Positions 37,290-48,770 of a DNA stretch of 64,000 nucleotides are shown in pieces. Source of the DNA: a virus; IMG/VR virus record IMGVR_UViG_3300040786_000061. The stretch is one strand, 5' to 3'. A model generated the notes under the pieces. It searched no databases. It was not told where the DNA came from and saw only the letters and a program-made list of their open reading frames with translations. Each line of letters opens with the position of its first letter. Position 1 is the stretch's first letter. Both the position numbers and the translations under genes were made by a program.

Positions 37290-38400
37290 AGTTTTACTAA
37301 GATGACCTATTATCAAATATAAGATTATACTTTGATCTTATACTCTCGAGTTCAACATCACTTAAATTAGTAATTACACTTCCATCAGGAAGGTGAACAT
37401 CATATACATAACTTAGAAATTGAGTATTTACTTCGGATATCTCTCATTTCATTAAGAGGATCTATAGTATTCAAAATTTCATTTAATGATAATGGATCTA
37501 ATGATAAATTTTCCGACTTCTTTAAAATATCTACTTTATCACGACACTCTTTAATTTCTGCTTTTTCTCCTCAATTAGCTTGCTTTTCAAGTTGTGACTT
37601 AGTTGGTCTACTTCTACCAACTAATCTTGCAGCACCTACTTTTTGCTTTTCAAATTATCTAAATCAACTACTAATAATTCACAACTTTTCTCTTGTGTTA
37701 CTACTGAGTTAGAAGTTTTATCTTCTTTTTAGGGCACTCATTAGTTTATTAATTAGTTTTTGTAAAACTCTAGTTGAATCATATAATGATATTAATATTA
37801 ATACTGATATATTTATAGAACAACAATAGAATCATATTTATCCTCAGGTAAAACTAGTGGCAGATACTTCAAAGGGCTAGATTCTCAATAGTACTAAGAA
37901 TTTTAGATATAAGGACACCTATTGATGTAACTACCAATAAAATAAGTGATATAGCACCTGGTACATTAAAAGATGGTGGTGATATTAACAATGAAGCACC
38001 TACTATGGAAGAACTTGTTGTATAGAAACCTTGACCAATTCATCTAATATTTCTTGCTGCTCTTTAACCATTAACATAACCGCTTCTTTTATTTCTGATT
38101 TCTTTTTTCAGATTCCTTGTGATAAGAACTATCTTTAGGAAGTGGCCATATATTATTCTTTTAGTAAAATCTTTTAAGTCTTGGTTTTCTTTAGATATGG
38201 ATGATGTTAAACCTGATGCTGATGATGCTATAGATGATGTTAAACCTGATGCTGATGATGCTATGGATGATGTTAAACCTGATGCTGATGATGCTATGGA
38301 TGATGTTAAACCTGATAAAGATGATGTCAATCCTACCATCATATTTAACACATCATCATCATACTGTGGATATTGTGATTTTATTATATTTTTGATAACT
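37290..38400 (-). CDS. Hypothetical protein with Ser-rich 11-aa repeats and a hydrophobic segment; boundaries uncertain
   Basis: Fragment 38064-38351 SGLTSSIASSA repeats; gene orientation taken from neighbours. Confidence 0.35.
38197..38316. repeat. 33-bp tandem repeat (about 3.6 copies)
   Basis: Units of at(g/a)gatgatgttaaacctgatgctgatgatgct start at 38197, 38230, 38263 and 38296 (partial). Confidence 0.95.
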
Positions 38401-38561
38401 TCCTCATTTGGTAAAACTTTGGAAATGTCAAAGTTAGAACTATAAATTTTATCTTGTAGTATTGCAATATTTTTTCGAGTGTAGTCATCTTAAACGTAAT
38501 TTTCTACTATATATTCATCTACAAGATATTCCTATGGCATTTAGTTTTACAATAATAATTT

Positions 38562-38571
38562 TTAATATATA
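38562..38571 (+). promoter_or_regulatory. TTAATATATA putative late promoter
   Basis: Exact motif 22 nt upstream of ATG 38594. Confidence 0.45.
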
Positions 38572-38593
38572 CATTAAAAATTAACACAAGTAG

Positions 38594-40010
38594 ATGAAGT
38601 GGTTAAGAAATTTCGAATTATTTAAAGAATCAAAGACATATTCTGATAAAAGCCTAATAACGGAGATATGCGTAAGTATGTTATTAATAAACAATGATTT
38701 CCTGTCTAATATTTTAGACAAAGGTATACGTGGTAGATATAATGAAAATTCACAGGTGTTTATAACTGACTTAAAAGTTTATTGCTTGCTAAAAATAGAC
38801 TAAATCTTGGTAAATTTGATGGTGATAAGTGTATATTAGATACTGAGATATCGAAAGTTAATATTTTATTTGATGAAGTTAAATTTGACATCGAAAAGAT
38901 TGGAAGATTCTAGTTGATTCTAGAAATATAGCAAGGTCTATAATAGATAAAATAATACCCGATGATAAATTAGACTCCGATAGAGTTAGAAATATATTCT
39001 GGATAGCAAATAATAAAACAGATGAGCATAAAGAAGATATAGTTATCGAACTAAATGATGGTAAACAATATTCATTCTTTTGAATAAAATTTATCAAATC
39101 AAAAGTGCATCCTTTAATACTTTTGCAGAAGACTTAATTGGCGAAGATTTACAATTACTTTCGGTGAAGAGTACTTACCAAAATGGGACAAGTTAACTCA
39201 TGAATGGGTTAGAATTTTATACGAAAATGCAAATAAGAATATACAAGCACATATAGAAAAGTTCATAGACCCTAAAAGAATAGAAACCATAGGCTATTTC
39301 GATTATTTTGATATAAGACATAGCGATCCAAGGTTTAAGCACTTAGGTGAGTTTATTAAAGACTTTAATAAAACATTCTTAAATTTCCGATTTGATGTTA
39401 GAGATTTGGAAGAACAGAGATATTTGTTTTATGGATACCGAAAGAGTGTATGAAGAATGGATGGAAAGAAAAGTAACTATTTTAAATTCTAGAATATTAG
39501 AAAACCTTTAACAAACTCTTTGAAGGCAAATTTCAAAGAAGATATTAAAAAATTAGATGATGGTTTTAAACTGGCAGAAGGTACAGTTAAAATGAAACTC
39601 TTTAAAACACTTGTTGAGAAAATGGGTTCTGTTGAAACACCAGTATATTATATTGGGGAAATGGTAGTAACTTTAATATGTTACCAAGCAGAGATTTCTT
39701 TAGAAATTACTATGATGATTTAACTATTAAGTTTGATTATCACGTAAACTTTCAAGTTAGTGAAGAAGAAGAAAATAATGATTTTAATATAAAGATAAAG
39801 TTAGAATTAGATGAAGTCAAACTAATAGACTTGAATATTGCTATTAAATTTACAAGTGAGATGTCAGGTCGCTTATCTGCTAAATATAAGTTTGATATAT
39901 CACCTGAATTTAGTTATTTGATAGCTAAAAAACAATTAGAAGAACCTAAAGATGAAGAATCTAAAGAAATTACTAAAAAGATTCTGATGACGATAATGAT
40001 AATAATGACC
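38594..40010 (+). CDS. Large CTS-tagged hypothetical protein (MKWLRNFELFKES)
   Basis: Joins fragments 38594-38803, 39520-39723 and 39678-40076. Confidence 0.5.
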
Positions 40011-40053
40011 CACAGGAATTACCAGAGGAATATAATAGTAAAAATAGATAAAG

Positions 40054-40689
40054 ATGAAATATTTAAAAAAATATAACAATTTCAAAGAGTCAATTCTAAT
40101 TGATTTAAGTTTTCAAAATGTCGGTGAGTTAATGGAATCGTTGAGTGTTTGGTATGACTCTCTACTATCTTCTATTAATGCGGAAGAGGTTGATATATAT
40201 GACACATTCAAATTACCTAAAGAGGATTTCAAAGATAAACTTGATTTAGATTTTTTAGAAGACAATGTTGAGTTTATAAATTCATTATCCAGTATTGCAC
40301 TTAAGAAGTCTACTGTAAGTAATAGCGATGATTATGAAACTTTCTTGAATAAACCTTGTAGATTTATGTTTATATTTAACATTGAGAGTAATGAACTTGA
40401 AAACCCGGCGTATTTAATATTCCAGGTTTGGCACGAATCATTGAATAAGTGGGATGACGTTAAATTATATAAGATAAATGATAACGTGCAGAAGTTCTAT
40501 GATACCCTAATAAGTAAAACCGTAGAACTTGTAGATGGTGATGAGAAGTACATTTATACTATAACTGGTAGTAAAGAGTGGGTGCTTCAAAACATTGAGA
40601 ATGAGAATGATATTTACAAGAAAATGTTTAGAAAAGATGAGTTTCAAGATTTATTATCAAGTAGAAAGATAAAAGTTAACATAATATAG
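40054..40689 (+). CDS. CTS-tagged hypothetical protein (MKYLKKYNNFKES)
   Basis: Intact 211-aa ORF. Confidence 0.75.
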   Translation: MKYLKKYNNFKESILIDLSFQNVGELMESLSVWYDSLLSSINAEEVDIYDTFKLPKEDFKDKLDLDFLEDNVEFINSLSSIALKKSTVSNSDDYETFLNKPCRFMFIFNIESNELENPAYLIFQVWHESLNKWDDVKLYKINDNVQKFYDTLISKTVELVDGDEKYIYTITGSKEWVLQNIENENDIYKKMFRKDEFQDLLSSRKIKVNII

Positions 40690-40710
40690 TCTATAAAAAA
40701 TTAATAAACT

Positions 40711-41542
40711 ATGGCAAAGTCAAAGACCCCAGAAGAACTAGCAAAGCAATATGGTATTCCAATGAATTATTCACTCAATATAAATCCAGCATTTATAGAG
40801 TCGATTAAAAAAAAAACCTAAAGTAGAGACACCTTTAAAGTAGAGACACCTGTTAAAGTAGAGTTTGATTATAAAAAAATAGTTATTAAAATCCTATTAT
40901 TATATTTCAAGAAAATAATGGACTTACACCAGATGGTGATATCGGTCCTGTTACAATAGAGCAATGCGTATTGCATGGAACAAAACACACATACAAGTAG
41001 CTCATTTACTTGGTCAGGCATCACATGAAAGCGCCAATTTTACTAGATTAGTAGAAAATACAAATTATTCTGCACAAGGAATGGCTAATACATGGCCAAC
41101 AAGATTTGCTAGTAATTCTAATGCTAAGATAAAAGAACCCAATGCATTAGCACTTAGTCTACATAGAAATTCAGAAGCTATCGCAAATAACGTCTATGCA
41201 AATAGAATGGGTAATGGATCAGTTGAAAGTGGTGATGGTTCACTACACAGAGGATACGGAGTTAAACTGGAAGGACAATCAAAGAAAGTTTGCCGAATAT
41301 GTTAAAGATCCCAATATTATAAAATATCCTATACTAATAGCAAGTAAATATGCATTAGAAAGTGCTCTATTCTTTTTGATAGAAATAACTTATGGAGATT
41401 TGCAACAGACATCAGTACCGATTCTATTGATAAAGTATCCGATGGTGTTAATCGAGGAAACCCATATGCTAGTGGGTACGCAATAGGTTTTGATGAACGT
41501 AAATCAGAAACATTGCATTTTGCATCAATAAAAGAAATATAA
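40711..41542 (+). CDS. Glycoside hydrolase family 19 endolysin with a peptidoglycan-binding segment
   Basis: FQENNGLTPDGDIGP (PG-binding 1-like); AHLLGQASHESANF..LVENTNYS; RMGNG...GDG..HRGYG. Confidence 0.85.
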
Positions 41543-41586
41543 ACATATATTTGTATTTAACATATAATAAAAAATAATAACAGTAT

Positions 41587-42045
41587 ATGAAACATATTAG
41601 AACATGAGGATGATCAATGGGATAATGAGGATGATTTTGATACATCTATCGTTCACCCAATTACTGAAAATACTTGTTATGTAGCTCATCAAGGAATATC
41701 TGATATAATAGTTATTTGACGGTAAAGGTAGACTTAGAATTCTATCCTGAAACCGGCAACCTTATTAGAAAGAAAGACTGGGTTAATATAACAAAGTATT
41801 ATAACAGAATCTTAATTAATTTGTTGTTATGATTCTAGTAATGTTTATATATGAAGAAGGCAAATGGGTTAATCCAGTTTATCAAACATATACACATCAT
41901 TTAGAATATTAGAAAATAGACTATTAGGTTTAGAAGTGATATTTGTATGAATATAGTAGTAGCGCAGATGCTGTTGTGACCGCTAATAAAATAAAGGATC
42001 AATATAAATAATACTGATATTTATTGGCTATTGAATCCTCATTTT
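41587..42045 (+). CDS. Hypothetical protein with CTS-like start (MKHIRT[F]ED)
   Basis: ATG 41587; frameshifted. Confidence 0.35.
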
Positions 42046-42059
42046 AATAAAATTAATCA

Positions 42060-42623
42060 TCATTTCGGTCTTTTTGTTTCATCCTCCATTTTATCCATTG
42101 ATACGTAAATGTGCTTTCTAAAAGAAATCCTATTTTTAATACTTTCAATTTTACCTTCTATTATTTTATCATCTTCTATATCTATATCATAATCAATATC
42201 TAAGTAAGTACATATCTTATAGATACCTATCTTATCATTTTCATCATAACATTTTGTAGACTCTATATAAATATCATTAAGAGATTTATTATCAACTTTA
42301 TCAGGATGTGTCACCTTTACAATATCCCTATAAAGTTTTCTTATTTTAGTAGATTTTAAGTCTGGTGTTATCTCTTTTCAAATATCTCTGATATATCATC
42401 TATTATAATATCAATGTTTCCTTTTATAACTGAGTTTATCTTATCAGTTATCTTTCTATCATATAATTCTTTTAATTCGGATAATCATTCAAAAAATCAT
42501 TAACTTTTTTTATAAAATCTGAGTCTGCTTCATTTATTATTTCATTTCTATATTCGTAGTCAGACTCTATATAATCCAACTCTTTGAAGAGTTTTTTTTT
42601 TTCTAAAGCTTTATTTTATCCAT
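42060..42623 (-). CDS. J-domain-containing protein
   Basis: IRKLYRDIVKVTHPDK motif; N-terminal coiled coil MDKIKALEKK. Confidence 0.7.
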
Positions 42624-42673
42624 AAGTTATATATAATAAATATTATCATCTGTATAATTGTTAGTATTGTAAA

Positions 42674-42683
42674 TTAATATATA
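42674..42683 (+). promoter_or_regulatory. TTAATATATA putative late promoter
   Basis: Exact motif upstream of a run of four CTS-tagged genes. Confidence 0.45.
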
Positions 42684-42706
42684 ACTTATAAAAAAATTAA
42701 TATATT

Positions 42707-43115
42707 ATGAAACACATTACTTTATTTGAAGATTTCGAATATATAAAAGAAGATACTTCTGCTACAGGAGGACCACCTAGTAGTGGAATGGGTGCTGTTG
42801 TTAGCGCAAACCCTTCCAGTCTAGCAGGATCTACAATTGGTACAAATTGGGTTCCAGTGGAGGTACAATTGGATCCGGTGATATTTCAGTTCCTTATAAT
42901 CCAGGTGGTGCAGATAGAATGATACAGAAGATACCTGTTATGGGTTATAATCATGGTGCAAGAACTGGTAAAAAATCAAGAGAAAAAGTTGATATGAAGG
43001 CACTTAGATTAGCACTTGCTGGAAAAAAAACAAGATTCAACAAAAGAACCTAAGTCTAAAAAGTGATGAGTTTTGATGATTTCGCAAAATCTGATATAAA
43101 TAAAATTAAAAATAA
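42707..43115 (+). CDS. CTS-tagged Gly/Ser-rich, basic-tailed protein (MKHITLFEDFEYIKED)
   Basis: Joins 42707-42922 and 42847-43053; ends KVMSFDDFAKSDINKIKK*. Confidence 0.55.
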
Positions 43116-43116
43116 T

Positions 43117-43560
43117 ATGAAACATAAAAAAAATTTAACGAAGAGTTTGATCCAATGGGTAGTTGGAATCCTAAACATCCAAGTAATTTAAAAAAGAAAG
43201 GAATATTCAGAAATAGTATTAGATATAAAGAAGATATTTTAGAAAACCCACTTGATGGTAATTTTATGACTCCACTTGATGGGGACTTTATTGTTAAGTA
43301 TAATAAAAAAAATGATAGAACAATAATAACTATCGAAAATCCAAATGTTAGAGGAAATTCACCTGGTTTAAGTTATGGTGAGTTCTTATGGAAAGAAATA
43401 AAAGATGCCGTTCTTAATATAGTTGAATATGCGAATAAGGAAAAACTTTCCGTTACATTATATAATGTAGAAGATTCCTACTCTTTCCAAACGGTGTAGT
43501 TGATATTAATGATATTGGTAATCTTAATAGATTTAATAAACTAAAAATAATTATAAAATA
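43117..43560 (+). CDS. CTS-tagged hypothetical protein (MKH[I]KKFNEEF)
   Basis: ATG 43117 upstream of fragment 43155-43499. Confidence 0.5.
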
Positions 43561-43567
43561 GTAAATA

Positions 43568-43950
43568 ATGAAACACATAAAACTATTTGAGAACTTCGAA
43601 AAGAAAGCCTTCGTTTTAAGTTTCATGAGGATAAATTAAGAACCGATATCGATGGTATATTTGTTGAGTTATTAGACAAAGGATTTAGATATTCGGTATA
43701 TTTTAAGGAATACTTAGAAATTAATATAGAACATAGTGTAAATGATTGGTTCTTTTGATGAAATATATGAAGAATTAATGATGTTAATAGATTATATGAA
43801 TATAAAATTTAAAAATGACATTGATTTTAAATATAACTATGAAGAACATCTTGAATTAAGAAAATTGAAGATAGATGATAAACAAAAGTAATGATGAAAG
43901 AAGATAAACATGTTCTTATGAGTTACTTTGAGTTAGACATAAAATTAAAA
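43568..43950 (+). CDS. CTS-tagged hypothetical protein (MKHIKLFENFE...IDGIFVELLDKGF)
   Basis: ATG 43568; frameshifted. Confidence 0.5.
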
Positions 43951-43956
43951 TAAGAT

Positions 43957-44194
43957 ATGAAACATATAAAAAAATTTGAAGGATTCTCTATGCAAAAGAT
44001 AATTGTGATAGATGTAATAATCCAACTAACGGAGTTACTACAATGGGTGTGTTTAACCAAGATGTTATCTGTTCGGATTGCAAAGAAGCAGAAAAGATGA
44101 CCCGGACTATGAACTTGCGAGAAACACAGAGTCCGAAGAAGTAAAAAAGGCAATTACAACTATCCAGGTATATACCTAATTATAAACCAATTTA
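43957..44194 (+). CDS. CTS-tagged small zinc-finger protein (MKHIKKFEGF; CDRC...CSDC)
   Basis: With one A restored: DNCDRCNNPTNGVTTMGVFNQDVICSDCKEAEKDDPDY...KGNYNYPG. Confidence 0.6.
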
Positions 44195-44251
44195 AAAAAA
44201 AAAGAAAAGTTTACACTTTCTCTTTTTATGTATATTTAAGTTATCATTTTC

Positions 44252-45310
44252 TTATTTTCTTATTAGAATCAATTCTACTCTTCTAGCAACATCATAAACA
44301 TTATCTACTGAATAGTTGTAATCTTTCCTTTATAATCTAAAGTTATTCTAGATGCATCTAACCCCATATCAACATACTTATTTTTTACTACTACCAGCAC
44401 GAGTTTTAGATAGTTGAAGATTGTAATCTGCGCTACTTGAAGTAGGTGATGCCCAGCCTTTAATAACCAAAGTCAATGTGCTATCTTGTCTCAATTGTTC
44501 GAATATCTTATAAATTGAATTCAACTCAGTACTTTTGATAACAGACTTATCATTATCAAAAAATATGTACTCTGATGTTAAGTATTTACAATCACATGAC
44601 TTCTCAATTACATTAGTAGTATAAACTGTTGGATAATTGTTTACTATTGTATTTTTAGTTATACTTGGTTCTGTGTTCTTAGTCCAATCTGCATGTCTTT
44701 TACCTTTTGCATTCTTACCGAAATAGTAAACATAACCAACTGAAATATTATGGATTGTAGAACTAATTCCATCATTAGAGGTATTAAATGAACCATCCAA
44801 TGTTCTGTTCTGTGCTATATTTCCGGTTGTGCTAAAGTCCAATCTTATTGCTGAACGATCCTTAACTCTAAATAAACCAGTGACTCCACCGCTTATAACA
44901 GCAACTGTTTCTTTATATGTATTATTTGTTCTTATAAATCCAACACCGGGACCACCATGTAATTGTAAAGTAAACCAATTAGAGTACGTCTAGCATCTTA
45001 AATAAGTCCATATTAGCATCAATATGTACTCTCGTATAGTCCAACTCAACTGCTTTACCATTAAAGTCAATTAAGTCAACATTATCATATCCACCTCTTA
45101 ACCTAAGCCGAACTTAGGATTAAAATTATATCGAACACCTGCTCCTACATGCGATAATACATTATAGGTGTCATTTGATTTTGCAGATTCGTCATTTACA
45201 GTGCTATTACCCAATTCAAGGTCTGCTGACCAATTAGTGTATGCTTTTTCTTGTCCATATGAATAAATCGATACGAACAAAACCATCATTATTAAAATTA
45301 TTTTTCTCAT
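44252..45310 (-). CDS. ompA: OmpA-family outer-membrane protein (beta-barrel plus OmpA C-domain)
   Basis: Signal peptide MRKIILIMMVLFVSIYSYG-Q; HVGAGVRYNFNPKFG; IFFDNDKSVI...IKGWAS...YNLQLSKTRA...ARRVE. Confidence 0.85.
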
Positions 45311-45330
45311 TTTTTTTTTTTTATTATTTA

Positions 45331-46809
45331 TTATTTACATCCACCGATGCATCGTTTTGTGTGCTATTACCATTATGATATTCAAGTACATGTTTAACAT
45401 ATTCAGAAAGGTTCAAAGTTAATGTAACTCTATCTCTTGATGCCCAATCTGGGTTATCATCACTTTGTGTGTTACTGTATGACAGATTGTTACACTACCG
45501 TTTGTCCCATTGCTACCATTACTACCATTAGATCCGTTACTACCATTACTACCATTACTACCATTAGATCCGTTTGATACAAATACTGTTGTTTTAACAC
45601 CGTTTTACTGTAATCGTTAAGTTATAACCACCAAATTCATACATCACCTAACCTTGTAGCACAACCAACACACTAGATATTGTTGCGTTCGTGCCATTAA
45701 GTCCAGCTACTCCGTTAGTTCCATTAGTTCCATTTGTTCCGTTAAGAATTGTTATACGTGTTTCTTTATCACCTACTTTAATAATGCTACATAACCACCA
45801 ACTATGTCTTCGGTTCTTACTGTTGCTGTAACGCATCTTTACCGTTTGCTCCGTTAATACCATTAGTACCATTAATACCGTTAGTTCCATCAGTTCCATT
45901 GCTTATAAATATTACTTTAGTCTCACCACCAACAGTGATATAGAGGTTGTAACCACCTTCTGTTAATTCGGTTCTAATTGTAGAACTAATACCATCTTTA
46001 CCATTTATACCTGGTAAACCATTTACACCATCTTTACCATCAGTACCGTTAAGACCATTGGTACCATTTGTACCGTTAGTACCATTGTTCCGTTAAGAAT
46101 TGTTATACGTGTTTCTTTATCACCTACTTTAATAATTAATACATAACCACCGACTATATCTTCAGTTCTTACCGTTGCAGTAACGCCATCTTTACCGTCT
46201 GCTCCGTTAAGACCTGTCGCTCCGTTAGTACCATTAGTACCATTAGCAATAAATATTACTTTAGTTTCAGCACCAACAGTGATATAAACATTGTAACCTC
46301 CTTGTGTTACTTCAGTTCTAATTGTAGAACTAACACCATCTTTACCATTTATTCCTGGTAATCCATTAGCACCATCTTTACCGTCTTTACCATTAGTACC
46401 GTTAATACCATTGGTACCATTTGTACCGTTAGTACCATCTTGGCCATTTTTAATAAAACAGTTGTTTCTTTAACACCGTCTCTAATTATTAAAATAGTCC
46501 CACCAGTCACCACTTGAGTTGTTACAGTTACTGATGTACCATTCGTTCCGTTAAGTCCGTTAATACCGTTAGTACCATCTTTACCGTCTTTAATAAAACT
46601 GTTGTTTCTTTACTCTCTAATAATTAATAGAGTACCTCCATAAACTGTTTGTGTGGTGATTGATACTGATGTACCATCTTTACCATCTTTACCATCAATG
46701 CCGTCAATACCGTTAATCGCAAGAGGGTCCAAGCCATCTATACTACATGCACTCACCGAGAACAATAGTACAAAAATAGCAATAATTTGCCAATCATAAT
46801 TTTTTTCAT
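45331..46809 (-). CDS. Lipoprotein with collagen-like G-X-Y (NGTNGTNG/DGKDG) tracts alternating with beta-hairpin repeats
   Basis: Lipoprotein signal MKK(N)YDWQIIAIFVLLFSVSA-C; repeated GTNG/GKDG; C-terminal VTICH...H...QND...GCK*. Confidence 0.75.
45739..46440 (-). repeat. Internal 351-bp (117-aa) repeat units within the lipoprotein
   Basis: ccgttaagaattgttatacgtgtttctttatcacctactttaataat at 45739 and 46090; flanking sequence also repeats. Confidence 0.85.
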
Positions 46810-46837
46810 TTTTTCATTTTAAATTTTTCGTGAATAT

Positions 46838-46856
46838 CAAATATACTACAAATATA
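46838..46856 (-). promoter_or_regulatory. Two tandem Bacteroidota-type TATATTTG elements
   Basis: Reverse complement ttaaTATATTTGtagTATATTTGatattc upstream of the lipoprotein-OmpA pair. Confidence 0.5.
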
Positions 46857-46965
46857 TTAATAAAAGAAAAAGACTAAAAATATTATTATTTTTATAATAA
46901 TTAGGTAAATATTTAATATAGTATTAAACAAATTAATAATATTATGCTACAATTAATAAATAGTA

Positions 46966-47506
46966 ATGAGTATTAAAAAAGAAAAGATAATTATCTTAGG
47001 TACTTGGAAGTGGAAAAGTTTCTTAATGAGAAAACTTATAGAAAAAGGACTAAATCCTTGTTTAAAGTGGACTACAAGACCTATGAGAAAATATGAAGAA
47101 CAAGGAGTAGATTATAATTTTGTTAAAAGTATAGAATTCTCAGAATCTATAAATGAAGAATAAATTTCTAACTTATCAAAAGTTTAATGTAACACCACAT
47201 AATTCCTCAGAACAGACATGGTTCTATGGCATAACATTAGAAGAATTTAATAACTCACAAGTTTTTATAATGACACCTGGTGAATTTAAAGATGTTTCTG
47301 AAGATTCAAGAAAGGGTTGTTTTGTGGTCTATTTAGATATTGATAGAGGTATTAGAGAAAGTCGGTTATTCAAAAGAGATGATAAAAATGATTCTATAAA
47401 AAAGAAGGCTTGATTCTGATGATATAGATTTTGATGTTAGCTTTGAATATGACCTAAAGATAACGGATCCAGATTTCGGAGTTGATGATATATGACCTTA
47501 TGAATT
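46966..47506 (+). CDS. gmk: Guanylate kinase-like protein
   Basis: IIILG....GKS...TTRPMRKYEEQGVDYNFV...VVYLDID...RESRL. Confidence 0.85.
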
Positions 47507-47512
47507 AATAAA

Positions 47513-47537
47513 AAAAGAGAACAAAATGTTCTCTTTT
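47513..47537. terminator. Bidirectional terminator
   Basis: aaaagagaac-aaaat-gttctctttt between convergent genes. Confidence 0.8.
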
Positions 47538-47542
47538 ATTAA

Positions 47543-48304
47543 TTAATGTTTTGGTTCTGTTTTACCACCAAATTCCATACCACCTAAGGCACCGTTTATA
47601 GTCCACAAATATCCTCTGTTTTATTAACAGTGTTTTCTAATACTGAAAGCAGTATATTTAAAATTGAATAAACTTTAGTCTATTTTTTTCAGAGTTATAA
47701 AATGGTGAACTACATATACCCTCTACAAGGTCTATGGTCAGTAATATGTTATCATTATTTTTAACTTTCATCTTTTCTATTACTATACTAGGAATTCCAG
47801 ATTCTACCATCTCTTTCTCATAATCATAAACTGTTTTGTTTATTATGTAGAAATAGTTTCAACATTTGTGGCTCATCCATATCTTCATATTCTTTACTTG
47901 TTATAAATTCTAAAACATTTTCTTTATAATTTTCAAATATATACTTAAATATTTCCTAAATACCAATGTTCTATACTCTGTTGAGAACTGAAAGGTTGGA
48001 ACTTTGAATACCTCCAAAAGTCTATATATGTAAATATATCATGATTTGTTATATTAGAATCTGTTATCTTTTTATAGAGTCTTCTACATCATCTTTTCTT
48101 CTAATAAAACTCTCAATAAATTTATCAGACAACTTTGATATAAATCTTAGTAAACCATGCGCTTTTAAGCAAAACCGATTATGATATATACTAGAACTAT
48201 ACCCAACAAACCTACAAATCCATGCTTATCTACAAGGTTTGTTATGAATTGAGTAACTCATCAATAACAGATAGGGGAGTACTTACTGATTGTATATTAT
48301 TCAT
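47543..48304 (-). CDS. Hypothetical membrane protein (N-terminal TM helix)
   Basis: MNNIQSVST...HGFVGLLGIVLVYIIIGF; frameshifted. Confidence 0.4.
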
Positions 48305-48411
48305 TAACTTAATTATTTTATATACATATATAAATAATTGAAAACAAAATATATAAAATAGTTTGTGATTATACACTTTATTAAATTATTCACTAATGGC
48401 TTAATTTTATT

Positions 48412-48421
48412 TTAATATATA
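48412..48421 (+). promoter_or_regulatory. TTAATATATA putative late promoter
   Basis: Exact motif at the head of the baseplate operon. Confidence 0.45.
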
Positions 48422-48770
48422 ATAAAATTAATTAATTATGTATTTAAAGCAAAATATAAACAAAGTTCATGGAGACCTCTAAACAATTTTAATGAAGTTA
48501 TTATTTTAGAGAAGTCTAGCTTAGAGATGAGTAACTATTTCGAACTATCAATACTAGAGAATAATAAAGAGTTAAAAGTTATTATAAAAAATCTGATATT
48601 GTAAACACGACTTTCAATTGAAATATTATTCTTAGATTCGAATTCATACCCAATTGAAAGAAAATCATCAATTGATAACTTTATAATGATGTCAAAGATA
48701 TTTTAGAAAAAATAGATTTGATGTAGATTATGTTAATAAGATAAATAATAAATAAAATAATAAATAAATA

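Noticed and set aside
38197-38316. Possible CRISPR array
   Set aside because: Head-to-tail 33-bp units with no unique spacers, in frame within a coding region.
38119-38445. Plus-strand ORF with DDVKPDADDA repeats as a gene
   Set aside because: Flanking coding context and upstream/downstream continuity are on the minus strand; treated as a shadow ORF (kept only as a repeat observation).
45400-46740. Possible CRISPR or satellite from accattagtaccgtta-type repeats
   Set aside because: Explained by the collagen-like NGT/DGK codon repeats of the lipoprotein.
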